Origin: Emiliania huxleyi CCMP1516
Lineage: Eukaryota
Length of the DNA: 64,000 bases
Direction: 5' to 3'
Assembly: GCF_000372725.1 (NCBI RefSeq)
Contig: NW_005201403.1
Span: forward strand, 263,246-327,245
Made by a program: the position numbers and the translations under genes. This document shows positions 42,596 to 55,129 of the stretch, in pieces (the stretch's first letter is position 1; every line of letters begins with the position of its first letter). The notes under the pieces are model-generated. The model searched no databases and was not told the DNA's origin. It was given only the letters and a program-made list of their open reading frames with translations.

Positions 42596-44946
42596 CTACA
42601 ATGAGGGCGCTGCGAGCAGGGCGACGAGGTCCTGGCTGAGCGCCACGACGCAATCCGAGAAGGTGAACCGCTTGTGGTCGTGCGGATCGGTCGCGAGCAG
42701 AAGCTCCTCCACCGCGCCCTCGCTCTTGGCCGGCGCGATCGCGCGGACCAGCATGCGGAACCTATGTCGAACACATTCATGTTTGGACGCACGGCATCGC
42801 CCCCCGCGCATGGCTTCGTCGCATCGCGTGAAGCAGACAGCCGAGAGACGACGGGTGTCTCAGCGAACGCTAGTTGGAGTGTGGGGGCGTGTCCCCGCAT
42901 CTGGTTCGCGGTACGCATCCTCGTCGAGCACTCCGCGGCCTACAGGAAGGTTCCGGGAAGGCTCCGAGAAGGAGACAGGAGAGAGGGCTCGCCGACACTC
43001 TCTTCTGCCGGCGGTGTCGAGGGAGCGGAAGAGGACGACAAAGTGCTCCAGGAACTGGCGGTGGCCGTCGAGCTGAAAGCCGAGCAGCACCTGCGAGAAG
43101 GTTCCGAGACGGTTCCGAGACGGTTCCGAGACGGCTCCGAGAAGGGGTGTCCAGGAAGACGAGAGCTGAGAGGGGAGGGACACCTGCAGCAGCGCCTTGT
43201 ACGGCAGGGGCCTGCCGGCCCGCCTGTTTGCAAGGTCCCGAGCAGGTTCACTCCGCAGCGGTGCCGCGTTCTGCCCCGGCCCGCTCGCTCGCCTCGCAGC
43301 CGCCCCGCCGTCGCTCTCCCGCCGAGAGCGAGGCGCGCTGCGGCGGGGTCGCGCTCCCCCCCCCGCTGCCCCTCCTCCTCCCCCGCGGGGCGGTGAGTCT
43401 GCGGCGAGGGCGGCCGCCTGACACAGACACGCACCGCTCAAGAGAAGAGCTTCCGCGCTCGGCGCGTAGCGAAGTGCGGACTCCTTCTGCGCTAGCCTCG
43501 AGAGGAGGAGGGCCGCGTCCTCGGGCGCGTACCTGAGGGGCCGGGGACGTGTCGTGGACATGTCCTGCCACGTGTCGGTGCCGAGTCCGTTGGCGCGTGC
43601 ATGTACAGCACAACGTCCCTCCACTCCTCCTCCTGCACCACGCCGCGCGTCTTTGCGAGGACTGAGCTCGCAACCTGCGGAGGCCGCGAGACAGGCGAGG
43701 GCGTGAGCAGGGACTGCCGCGCCGTTGCGAGCACCGCGCTCTCCACCTGTGCGTCCGACTTGTGCGGGTGCCTCCCCTTGAGGTGCGCCGTCAGCAGCGC
43801 GCGCACCGTCTCTTTGAGCTGCCGCTGCACGAGGCGGAAGGGCTCGTCTACCTGAGAGCCGAGAGAGAGAGAGCCGAGGTCGAGCCGAGATACGGACGCC
43901 GCACGGAGGCGGAAGGGAGGCGGAAGGGGGGCGTCGTCTTCCTCGTTGCGCAGGATGGCGCCGAAGGTGGCGACGTCGTTGTCCTCAGCAGAGAAGCGGC
44001 GCACCGCGTCCAGACAGGCGTCCACGTCGCGCGTGATGAGCTGCTTGAGGCCGTACTTCGTGTTGAGGTACGAGTACAGGTGCTGCTCCACCGTCTCGCG
44101 CAGCAGCTTGGCGTCCTGCGCACACCGCTCGTCGTGCCGCGCCTTGGAGGCGTAGAGCTCGTCGATGAACTCACGCGCCGCCTATTCACAGCAGGAGGTG
44201 TGAAGAGACGCTGTTCACAGCTCGTCGATGAACTCGCGCGCCGCCTTGAGCGTCAGCGCCCGCCCCCCCCCCGCCGCCTCCCCCTCCGCCCGTGCCGCCT
44301 CGCCAGCCTCCGCCGAAGACGCCGACGCCGCCGCCGACAGAGACGACGCGAGACCGGCGGGCGGGTGCCGTTGCGGCAGCAGCGCGGTGGCGGCCGCCGC
44401 CTCCGCCGCCGCCACCTGCGCCCGGCGCCGCTCGCGCACGAGCGCGTCCGCCGCCAGCTGGGAGGCGCGCACCGCCTTGGTCCGCTCCTCCTCTGCAGCT
44501 TGCACTCTCCGCCCGAGCTCACCGGAGGCGTCGGACAGCGCCGCCGCCTCTGCCTCGGCGCGGCGTGCGCGCGCGCGCGCCTCGTCGATCGACTGCTCGC
44601 CCTCCCGCACCGCCTCTCCGACCAGCGCCGCCATCTCCTGCACGAGCCGGTCGTGCCACCCTCCCAGCTCCTGCAGCAGCGACGGCAGGCCCTTCGCCTC
44701 CTCGCCGGCCGCACCCGCCACCGCGGAGAGCTCGCCGATGCACTGCTGGTGCAGAGCGTGCCGCGCCATGAGCGTGTCGACCTGCCGAATCAGGCGGGGC
44801 TGCGGCTGTCCCTTCTTGGCCAGCGGCTCAAAGGGCTGAAGCTCCTCGAGCGCCCGGATGGTGGCACACGCGCTCTCGGTTGGCGAGGCTGAGGTCGCCG
44901 CTGCCGTGCCACCGCTGCCTTCGGAGAACTCGAGAAAGGGATCCAT
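42596..44946 (-). CDS. Conserved coiled-coil/EF-hand-like hypothetical protein (TSNAXIP1-like), multi-exon
   Basis: RETVEQHLYSYLNTKYGLKQL...EDNDVATFGAILRNE(V)DEPFRLVQRQLKETV reads across inferred introns. The family assignment is from memory only. Confidence 0.65.
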
Positions 44947-46153
44947 CGACCTTCGACCTCAAGCCCGACTGCTGTCAGGGAGACTCGTGTCGGATCTGCG
45001 ACGCGACGCGAGGTCGACTTCGGAGCTGGCGGTTCGGAGCCGGTGGCTTCTGCATGTCGCTGTTCCAGAAAGAATTCTTAAGATACAAGCCTCTCTCACA
45101 GCACACTGGCACGACAAGGGCGCAGACTGGCGCGGACTGGCACACACACAGGCTCACCAGAAAGAATTTACCGGGCCCGCCAACTGCACTCCAAATTCTC
45201 CAAATTCTGTAAACCAAGGGACAAGGGTGCGGACTGGCGCGTGCTAGCATTATCACAGGCAAACCACCGGAGCCTAAGCAGTTCCAAAAAAAATTGAAAC
45301 TATTGACGGCGTCGCCTGGGAGCGCGCCAATTCAAGAAGAACAAACTATCGGCAGGCGGCCTCTTGAGCTCGGCCACCGTGGGGGGGGTGTCCTCTCACC
45401 CTGAGGGGGTTCCCACTTTTCTTCTGGGTTAGGTAGGAAGGTGAAGAACAGTCAGAGGGCCCAACTTGAGAATCGTGCTTTTTGGTTGTTTTGTAGGTTG
45501 GGTTTGTCAGGGTTGTTCCGAGTGAGGTTAGGTCGGCGCGAAGGGTGAGGTCTCGACCGCCGCCGCTCACGTTAGCGGACGGCCACTGCCGGTGTTTTTG
45601 GCTTCGCCGCCGTCCAAAGCGTGCGCCATGCGCTCGCCGACATCGAGCGTCCGAGCACGCCTGTCCGACGAGCGGCTTGCTGTGCGGACGCCTTCTTGTC
45701 GCTCTCTGTGCCAGCCCTCCAACGTGATAGGAACGAGTGTATCGCTTTGACGGATCGACCGTGCTTGTTATCAAGACTGGTGTGACGTACACAGTGACAC
45801 ATCAGACGACACATCTTCTCTCAACCCGCCGGGACGCAGCTGTGCAGCTGGACGGAGCTCGAGCCCCTCGACGGCTTCTCTCGAGCGTTCTGTTACGTTA
45901 GTGTAGACTCTGCTCGCGCGGTCAGATCGGCTAAAGGTTTTCTGCGCAACTGCGGGGAGCTCGTGGCTGCGCGAGCGGCGGCTCTAGGCTCAGAGACTCA
46001 ACAGGGCCACCCGCATCACAAAAACAACTCCTGTCTCTCGCTCTGTGTGTCTCTCTCTCCGTCTCATCAACCCGGCCCAGGCCACAGGGATTCGCGCTCC
46101 GCCACTTGGCGACGGAGAAAGGCCGTGCGCAAAAGGCGTTCCCACCAACCTCA

Positions 46154-47540
46154 TCACTCAAACGACGGTGGATTAGAGGAACCGCAGTAGCCAAGGTAAC
46201 AAATGGGCACATCATTGAGGTGGTAGATGAAGAAATCGCCAGGGCAACGTTGGACCTTGATGCGAGCCCAAGACTGGGTGGTGTACCCGCCCCCGCCGTT
46301 GTTGGGCCACGCACTGTAGAGTTGTCTTGTCACCTCCTGCTTATACGTTCGTGGGTGGCCTCCAAGCATCCCGTACGAGTGCACGGTATTGCAGGTGGCC
46401 GTATGCATGTCGCTGTCTCCAATGGGATCACCTGCCTCCGCGATCTTGTGTCCTGCCTCGCCCATGAATCGATACCAGTTGCTCCCCTTCCACTCGCACC
46501 ACCCAATCCATGGCTGAGTGTTCCACCACCTGTAGTGCTGGTCACAGCAACCCGGGGAATTCCGCGGGTCGTGATAGGCGCTTCCATCGGGATCGTCGGC
46601 ATCGTTGACCACCTGATTTGTGTTTACCAACACTTGGCCGTTGCGAGTACGACAGTGCCCCTCTTCGACCGCTTCCTTTGAGACGCCCGGCCCATGATAG
46701 CTCTGGTAGCCTGAGCTGCTCTTGAAGTCTACGTTTCTGTACTTGGAGGAGAGGACCTCGTAGTTATCGCAGCCTGTGGTTGTTGCAACCGGGGGAAGCA
46801 AGCCCCCCTCGCAGACGGGGTTGACGGCAGGGGTGGGTGAGGGACTGGGCGTGGGGGTGGGTGAGGGAGTGGGCGTGGGGGTGGGCGTCGGAGAGTCGCA
46901 GCAATCTTTGCATTGGGGGCAGGTCTGGTCCTGCGCCTCGCTGTCCATATCGCACCAAAAGGGAAGGCTGTTGAACAGCTCTCTGCACTCCATCCCTCCG
47001 TAATACCCGGCGGAGAGCCCACATTTCCTGTCGCACGGGTCCTCCTCGCAGCAGTCTTGGCACTCCTGCAGGCAGTCGATTGTCAAGCCGAACTGGCCCT
47101 CCGCCAATGCGGAGCACGCATCCGCCCCAACGAGCCCGCCACCGACTCCTTCCGCCGTCTCTTTGTATTGGCTGCACGTCATCGTCGTCATCGTTCCGCC
47201 GACTTCCGTGGTACACACCCTGGTGCACGGCCCTGAATAAGCTGGGGGCGGAGGAGACGAGGTCGGTGGTGGCGGCGACGGCGAGGGCGACGGCGGCGGC
47301 GAGGGCGGCGGTGACGGCGAGGGCGGCTCCGCGGGCGGCGGCGGGGGCAATGCTGGCGGGCAGCACCGTGATGCCGTCTCTTCCCATTGGTCGCATACGA
47401 TGTTGTCAAGGAGTGGGGTCGCCCCCGCTTGCGTTTTGGAATCGCAGCGGCCGCTCGAGACGAAGTACGTGCAGTTGCAGTAGGCACCGAAGAATCGGTC
47501 GTTCTTTATAGGGGGCGGTGCCGAGGGCGGAGCACAAGAC
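46154..47540 (-). CDS. Cys/Pro-rich extracellular-type protein with C-terminal uromodulin/GP2 D8C-like domain; 5' end missing
   Basis: WYRFMGEAG...CNT...GGHP...EVTR...IKVQRCPGDFFIYHL...PICYLGYC, plus SP/TP linkers and small Cys modules. Confidence 0.7.
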
Positions 47541-47548
47541 GTCTCGTT

Positions 47549-47960
47549 CTCGGACAAGCGCCGCGCGGGGTGGCCGAACGCAGCCTCGGCGCCCGGTCCG
47601 CCGCCCTTGTCGTCACCGTCATCGACCGTCGAGGCCTCGAGTTCCGGCGTCCCCAACCACTGGAAGGTGGGCGAGTTCCTCACCGACCCCGATGTGGCTT
47701 CCATGCTGCGCGACTCCAATGTCGTGCGCACGCTCACCTACCGTGCCGAGATCCGCGGCGCCAACATCACCAAGGACGACGCGATCCAGAACTCGCTCAA
47801 CTGGGAGGCGGGAGAGGAGCCGCCGGAGCCCGAGCTGGACGAGATCCCGGCGTCGACCGACGACTTCGTGGCCGAGGCTGCCGGCTCCTCGCGCGACCAC
47901 GCCACCGAGCCAGCACCGGCAGCAACGCCGGCGACGCAGCCGCGGCGCGGCCGCCGCTAA
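47549..47960 (+). CDS. C-terminal fragment of an unknown ORF
   Basis: Coding-like frame NHWKVGEFLTDPDVASMLRDS...PRRGRR*; no clear 5' end. Confidence 0.4.
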
Positions 47961-48109
47961 ATCCCCGGACGCTCCACTGCGGTCGTTCTATCTCCTGCCA
48001 CTTCTCTCCGTCTCTCCTCCCGCCTCGATATGAAGGCAGTGCGCCTGCCTGAGTCCAAGTGTGCGGGCTTTTTTTTTTAACGCTTTATCTAAACACGTTT
48101 GCGAGTCGA

Positions 48110-48275
48110 CAGTGAGCACTTGTGGGAAGGACAGTGCGACCTTCCCCGGCTGCGATCGCACTTCCCGCAGCTGACCTTTCTGGGCTTGGCTGGCTACAGC
48201 ATTGGCCCGGCTGGCGCCGCAGAGAACGCCGAGTACGTGTCGGGCAGCGTAGTCTTGACCAGCCTAATACTACCC
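48110..48275 (+). pseudogene. Leucine-rich-repeat (RNI-like) fragment
   Basis: LTFLGLAGYSIGPAGAAENAEYVSGSVVLTSLIL. Confidence 0.45.
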
Positions 48276-49002
48276 CGACGGATCTCCTCCTGCTCCGGAA
48301 CGATGGTGGCCAAGGAAGAAGAATTGCTGCAGCCGCCGGGCGCGTTCACAAGTTGGAGAAGGCAGCAGGCCTCGGGCGAGCTGACGGTGCGCATGTTCAA
48401 CCAGCGCTGGGACTCGTTGTCGTGTCCTGTCAAGCGCGTCACGACTATCGCCCCATCGGGGCGGCTCTGGGGATACCTGCGATGGGCTCACCGCCATGTT
48501 AGTACGCTCGTCCGACGTGTGCCCTCCTGCAAGATGGCGAACACGCCGGTAACGGCAGACGCCCGATGCCACTTCAACCGCTTCTGCAGCGTCGTTCTTC
48601 TCTGCCCGGTGCTCGCGCGGTCGCTTTCTCGACAGGATCATCGCCGACGCAGGCGGCGGCGTTCCCTTCAGTCAGTTACAACAAATTCACTCCCCCTGAG
48701 GAGAGAATTTAAACAAAACAACTCTCGCTCACAGTAGACAGACTCGACACAGGTGCGAACTGCGAGGAGAGAACCGACAGACAGACCAGAAAACAAATAC
48801 GGCGCGCGTGCGCGCCAGGTCTGCTAGTGCGCAATAAAGCCTGGGCACCTACAGTGGGCACACCACGCGCCCGACGGGGACATCCAAGCGCAGGCCCCGC
48901 ACGCGGCCCTGCTGCCCTCCCGTCGGCTGAAATCGACCAGGCCCATCGCCGTGGGCCCACCTGCGACTGCGGCGGCCCTAGCACCGGCCGATTGCTTGAG
49001 CG

Positions 49003-50749
49003 ATGGCCTGTGCTGCGGCCATCTCGGACGTTTAAGCGGCGCCAGCCAGCGGCTCGGCCGCGCATCCTTCACACACGCCGCCACGACCGGGACGAGCGGC
49101 CCCGGTGTCGAGCCATGGTGTGAGCTGCATGTGCGTGGCGGCCGTGGCGACAGCAGGTCCACCAGACGGACCTCAAAGCTTGCCGTCGGCGTGCTGTCGT
49201 GGCGAGAGCGCGAGACAGCTGCAGAGGAGCCGAGTGCAGTGGCGAGCCAGAAGCTACCTGGGTCACCAAGTGGTGGATCTTGCCCATTCTGAGCAGGGCT
49301 GTGCTTTGGTGGGGTTGTGCTTGAACATGTGTGAAGTGGGAGTGCGTGCCGGCGGTGTCTGTGGGTGAAACGGGCGTGTGTGAGGCCGTAAGAGCCGTGG
49401 TATGAGCCAGAGTGGGCTTCATCACCCAAGATAAGGGCGGTTTGGGACAGCTCAGACTTGATACTGATGGGCCTGGGCCAGGAGAGCGACAGAGAAGGCG
49501 AGGTGGTGAGCTGGGAAGCCGCTTCGTCGGCACCTGGACGTGTCGTGATGAACTGCCGAAAAGTACTATTTGCGGCTATTGCTCAAAACTTCGGGAGACA
49601 AGACCTACATATTATGACTGCACCCATGCGCCCGGTGCATGAGGGCTGCGGGTCGGGACATATCACGGTCGGTGGCGCCGATAATGACCTCCGGAATGCC
49701 CTCGCAACCGCCTCGGGCAGCACCGGAGACAATCTCGAGCCCTCTCCGTGGCATCACGAGCCGGTGTGAGCTTGCAGACCCAAGGTAAGTGCGGTCTGGG
49801 ACGGCTCAGGCGTGCTACTGATGGGCCTGGGCCAGGAGAGCGACAGAGAAGGCGAGGTGGTGAGCTGAGAGGCTGGAGCGTCCGCGTGTGACCTTGTCGC
49901 GAAGCACACGTGCNNNNNNNNNNNNNNNNNNNNNNNNNNNNNNNNNNNNNNNNNNNNNNNNNNNNNNNNNNNNNNNNNNNNNNNNNNNNNNNNNNNNNNN
50001 NNNNNNNNNNNNNNNNNNNNNNNNNNNNNNNNNNNNNNNNNNNNNNNNNNNNNNNNNNNNNNNNNNNNNNNNNNNNNNNNNNNNNNNNNNNNNNNNNNNN
50101 NNNNNNNNNNNNNNNNNNNNNNNNNNNNTGATACACCGTCGCACTTCTCTCCCGAAGTCTTGAGCAATAGCCGCAAAAGGTGCCTTTTGGCACTTCATCG
50201 CGACACGTCCAGCTCCAGGTGCCGACGAAGCGGCTTCCCAGCTCACCACCTCGCCTTCTCTGTCTCTCTCCTGGCCAAGGCCCATCAGTATCAAGTCTGA
50301 GCTCTCCCAAACCGCCCTTATCTTGGGTGATGAAGCCCACTCTGGCTCATACCACGGCTCTTACGGCCTCACACACGCCCGTTTCACCCACAGACACCGC
50401 CGGCACGCACTCCCACTTCACACACGCTCAAGCACAACCCCACCAAAGCACAGCCCTGCTCAGAATGGGCAAGATCCACCACTTGGTGACCCAGGTAGCT
50501 TCTGGCTCGCCACTGCACTCGGCTCCTCTGCAGCTGTCTCGCGCTCTTGCCACGACAGCACGCCGACGGCAAGCTTTGAGGTCCGTCTGGTGGACCTGCT
50601 GTCGCCACGGCCGCCACGCACATGCAGCTCACACCATGGCTCGACACCGGGGCCGCTCGTCCCGGTCGTGGCGGCGTGTGTGAAGGATGCGCGGCCGAGC
50701 CGCTGGCTGGCGCCGCTTAAACGTCCGAGATGGCCGCAGCACAGGCCAT
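49003..50749. mobile_element. Foldback-like element with ~600-bp imperfect inverted arms around an N-gap
   Basis: 49003-~49598 is the reverse complement of ~50147-50749, with scattered substitutions and a small indel. Confidence 0.7.
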
Positions 50750-51984
50750 GCGTCGCGCCGCCGGCCAAGCCCAGCCTCTCGGCGGACCCCGGCCGTGCCA
50801 GAGGCAGCCCAGGTGGCGCGTGGGGCCGCGGCTCGGCGCTGGGAGCGCGCACGGGGCCCGCCCTCAGTTCAAGGCCGACCACCTGGGACGGCCACACCCC
50901 TGTGAAGAGAGCTTGGATGTCCCCTCGTCCAGCTCGCGAAGTCCCACTTTGGCATGCTCGTGCTCGTCACCATGTTCGTCTTTTTTGCTCATTCTTCTTG
51001 CGCGTCCCAGCGGCCCTAGTGCCACCAGCAAGCAGCCGGCTGCATGGGGCGAGAGGGTGCGTTTGAACGGCCTTTTCAAAGGTGTGAAAAACAGGGGCCC
51101 AGGCTTTATGGATCCGACACAATCAATGGCAATGAACGCGATCCAGTGCGTTTTGAGCACTTGAGCACACCGGATAGGGTCGATTCCGCATGGTACGGGA
51201 CCCCTCGATCGTCTCGCCCTCCCTCACTGGTGTGTTCATTGGGGCGGGTCATAACAAACACGGTACAGGATCGAGGTGCACGCTGCCAAAGCAGTGTCGT
51301 CCCCCCTCTCCCCGACGGCGATGGCGGTGTGACCGATCGAGCTACAAGAGGAGCTTGTTCAGCAGGATCCGGGATAGTCAGATGCACTACCTCACTGGGC
51401 CTGAGACCATCGTACGACGCATCCATCACCGTCTCGGATTTGTGTGGAGTCGAACCACTCCGGGATGGGCAAGCCCATCAATTTTCACTATGTTTCTCCG
51501 CTGCACCTGCAGGGGATAGCGGGAGAGGGGTTGGCTGTATCTGGGACGGGAGGGAGGAGGAGGAGGGGGAGGACGGGGGGGGGGGGGGGGATTTAGGGGG
51601 GAACGGGGGGGGGGGGGCTCAAAAAATCAAAACCTGTTTTTATAACAACTCCTAAACGTTTTTCCCCCCCCGAGACTCCTAGCAACTCCTAAAGGTTTTT
51701 CACCCCCAAAGACTCCTTGGAACTTGGAGCCGTTTTTCCCCCCCAAAAATTGAAACCCCCCCAGGGCACCCGTTCCCCCACTCGGGGCACTTTAAAAAGC
51801 CTCCCCCCAAAATCCCCCGAAGGTCCTTTGGGTGGGGGGCGGGTGGTNNNNNNNNNNNNNNNNNNNNNNNNNNNNNNNNNNNNNNNNNNNNNNNNNNNNN
51901 NNNNNNNNNNNNNNNNNNNNNNNNNNNNNNNNNNNNNNNNNNNNNNNCGGGGGGGGGGGGGCTCAGATAGTCGAACGCTGCTGT

Positions 51985-52090
51985 CATAGCAACTCGTAGA
52001 CGTATTACACACACAGAGACTCATAGCAACTCATAGACGTATTACACACACAAAGACTCCTTGCAACTCGTAGCCGTATTACACACACAA
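51985..52090 (+). repeat. Three ~35-bp tandem units (GCAACTCGTAGACGTATTACACACACA...)
   Basis: Visible directly. Confidence 0.85.
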
Positions 52091-53871
52091 AGATCGAAGC
52101 CCGCCCAGGTCACCCGTTCCCGCACTCGGGCCACTTCAGACAGCCTCCCCCCGAACTCGCCCGACGTCCCTCTGGTTGCGTGCCTGCTGCTTCTTCCGCA
52201 GCGGAGTCCGCCTCTTCCCCCCTCTCCCCCCTCCCCCCGATGGGCCGCCCTCCTCCACCCGCCCTCCCCGATCCCCCATCTCCCCAAACACCCCCCCCTC
52301 TTCCCCACCCTCCACCCCCACCGCCACCTCCTCAGTCGGAGACAGAGCCCAAGGGCATCTGCCCCCGCCACACAGAGGAGCACCGCTAGCCAAGAGGAGA
52401 GGAAGAGGCCCATTGAGTCTCTGCCCCAGCCTCCCACACCAGCGCCACACACTCAGGCCCGAGGCCCATCTACACCGAGAGCTAACGCCCACGTCGCTGT
52501 GGCAGCAACGCACCCCACTTCACCCGCCGGCGCGGTCAGGTGGCGGTCCTCTCTCGAGGGGGAGAGGTCGTACCTTAGGCCGCCATTGAGCCGCAGCTCC
52601 GCACGTGGCGACCCCCTCCCATGCGGCCGTTGAACGTCATCCTGTTGCCTCAAGCCCGCACGATGCCGGTGCGACGGCGACGTGCAGGTCGCAGGGGGAC
52701 GCCCACCCGGCGGGACCCACCGCACGTCAGAGCCCAGCGCAGGAGGGCGACGCACCTACCGAGGTCAGGACTTCCGCTGCGTGTCACCCGACTCCGCGCG
52801 CACTATCACCTCCCCCAGTGAGTCCCTCTGGGGTGGTGCCGGGTGTCGCCAGCCCGACACCGGTGTCGCGCGGCTCTGGGGCATCCTCGCAACAGGGAGA
52901 ATCGGGGACTGCGTGGGGAGTGCGTTTTCCGTAACAAGTAACACAGTACCTGGTGTGCCGCGCCCGCTCCGACATGCGGGCCAACTTCCAGTTTCCCGAC
53001 CCTCGCGAACTGCGATTGCGCCGGCTTCCGATAGATAGGACGTCCTGCGTCGTCGTCGTCGTCCTCCAGATTGCAGATACCATACGTACGTACGTCGAAC
53101 ATGCTTTCCGAGTCGGCTGATCGTGGGATTCGAATTAACTCAACGGGAACGGATTGGCCCGCCTGGCACTAACACAGGTACAACACGGGAGCCGCGCAGC
53201 CGCCTAAGCGACTCCTCGAGCCTGCGAGGCCCTCTCCGGCTCCGCCCGCAGTCCCTTCTCTTTTTTCGCTCCAGCCCTGCGGGTCTTCAGTTAGTAGACC
53301 GGAGGGCTACGACGCCTTCACACTCCAAGGGGCTGCCAGTCTGGTTCGTGGTTGGCAGTCGCAATCGAATGAGCATTCACAGCAAGAGCAACCTCACATG
53401 AGCTATTCATGGACATGAAGCTTGAACGTTGGAGGTGAAGCGCACCCAGTTAAAGGCAAATCCGAAATCGCAGAAAGAAAGAAAACAGAAGAATTTTTCT
53501 TTCTTTCCCGCGCGATACGCCCGCAAAATCCCGAGACGGAGCTGGGGCAGCGGGGTATATGCGCTCCTGCTCCCGCTCCCATTGGAGTGAGCTAGGCGAG
53601 CAAGCTAGGGACGATTTCCGCCGTGATGGTCGTCGGAGCTCTCTTCCTCCTCGCTGGCTTCATTCTGCACTTCCCCACAGAATCAGGTACACGCCCGCAT
53701 ACTGCCGCACAACTGCCCTGCCCGATCCCCTACCTTCCACGGGTGTGAAACCCACACTGACCACCCCTGCCCAAACCACACTGCCGAGGTGTGAATAACT
53801 GCCGCTCGCGAGGTCTCGGAGAAACTTATGAGCCGCGTATTATGGTGACAGCTGACTGACGGCGGGATTTC

Positions 53872-54165
53872 CAGTGGTTGGTGTTTCGTCCTCCTCGGAG
53901 TCGTCATCCCCGGCTTCCTTCCGCTCGGCTCTACGTTCAGTACGTTCGGCGTGGCTCACCCTCCATGCCGTGAACAGGCGCTTTATCCATCCTATGTTCT
54001 TCTCCCGCTCCTCTTGCCCTTGCCTTGCTTGGTCTTGTCGTTGTTTCGCACCCATGTCTGTATGGCAATCGAAGCTGCCTTCCCTACTACCTGCAGTTCG
54101 CTGGTCACTTCCCCGGCGTGAGCGAAAAAGAAAGAAAGAAAGAAAACGGACAACCCAAGGGAGGG
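53872..54165 (-). mobile_element. Family A fragment preceded by its own 3'-tail sequence
   Basis: Reverse complement matches 11680-11905. 54124-54165 matches the tail ccctcccttgggttgtc.gttttctttc at 3947-3982. Confidence 0.8.
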
Positions 54166-54510
54166 ACAAGACACACACACCTCGCAGAGATTTCTTCATC
54201 CGAGGGAAAAAGAAAAAGCACTGCGCCGCGTGCCTCAGGTCCGCCTCCACAGACAGCTCTCACTCCTCTTGCCGCACGCCGGGGCCAAGGGGGCGCCGCA
54301 GACGAACAGCGCGCGGCCCCCTCGCCTCGCCGCGTGTCTCCGCTCGACCCTCCACCGCTCGCTCCCTCTCGATCGCGCGGCGTGTCTTGCCGTCGCGAGC
54401 GTCAGCCCGCGGGATGCCGCGAGCGAGGGCGCTGGGGGTGCCACTCTCGCCGAGTCGACACTCGTCCGACCTGTGCCCCGTCCCCCGCCCGCCCCGCGCG
54501 CAGTCCAGCC

Positions 54511-54744
54511 ATGGTGAACAAGAGGACCAAGAAGGCTGGCATCACCGGCAAGTACGGTGTGCGGTATGGCGCCTCGCTGAGGAAGACTGTCAAAAAGATG
54601 GAGATCTCGCAGCACGCGACGTACACGTGCGTCTTCTGTGGCAAGGACTCGATCAAGCGCGTGGCGACCGGCATCTGGCACTGCAAGGCCTGCAAGAAGA
54701 CTGTTGCGGGCGGCGCGTACACGCTCAACACTGCACAGGTGCAC
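54511..54744 (+). CDS. RPL37A: 60S ribosomal protein L37a (eL43); 3' end in N-gap
   Basis: [22 protein letters not shown]...CVFCGK...[17 protein letters not shown]. Confidence 0.97.
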
Positions 54745-55129
54745 NNNNNNNNNNNNNNNNNNNNNNNNNNNNNNNNNNNNNNNNNNNNNNNNNNNNNNNN
54801 NNNNNNNNNNNNNNNNNNNNNNNNNNNNNNNNNNNNNNNNNNNNCCGGCCTGCTCCCGTTGGCCCAACTACACCTTAACCACTGGAGCGCCCCCGACCGC
54901 CCCACCACAGGGCTGCGCAGGGGGCAATCGGCGATCCCCCGCCTGCGGGGAGGCCCCGAGTTTAAGAGGGCGTGCCCGTCAAGAGTCATTGCGTCGGGGG
55001 AGGGTGTTGGGCGGCTGACGGTGGAGCGCGCTCGCGCTGGTGAGGGCGATTCCGATTGCAATGCACACAGAGCGTGCTTTCGCTTGTGGACAGAGTCCAC
55101 CCGGCCAGTTAGCATCAGCAGCCTCTTCA

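Noticed and set aside
51106..51429. YDGLRPSEVVHL resembling a tyrosine recombinase Arg motif
   Set aside because: No HxxR or catalytic Tyr motif follows; a single short motif is insufficient.
51575..51847. Apparent diverged duplicate of 51985-52175
   Set aside because: It is a homopolymer-rich noisy version lying between a poly-G run and a gap, most likely low-quality read sequence.
51985..52090. ~35-bp repeats superficially like a CRISPR array
   Set aside because: The units are contiguous with no unique spacers, there are no cas genes, and the context is eukaryotic.
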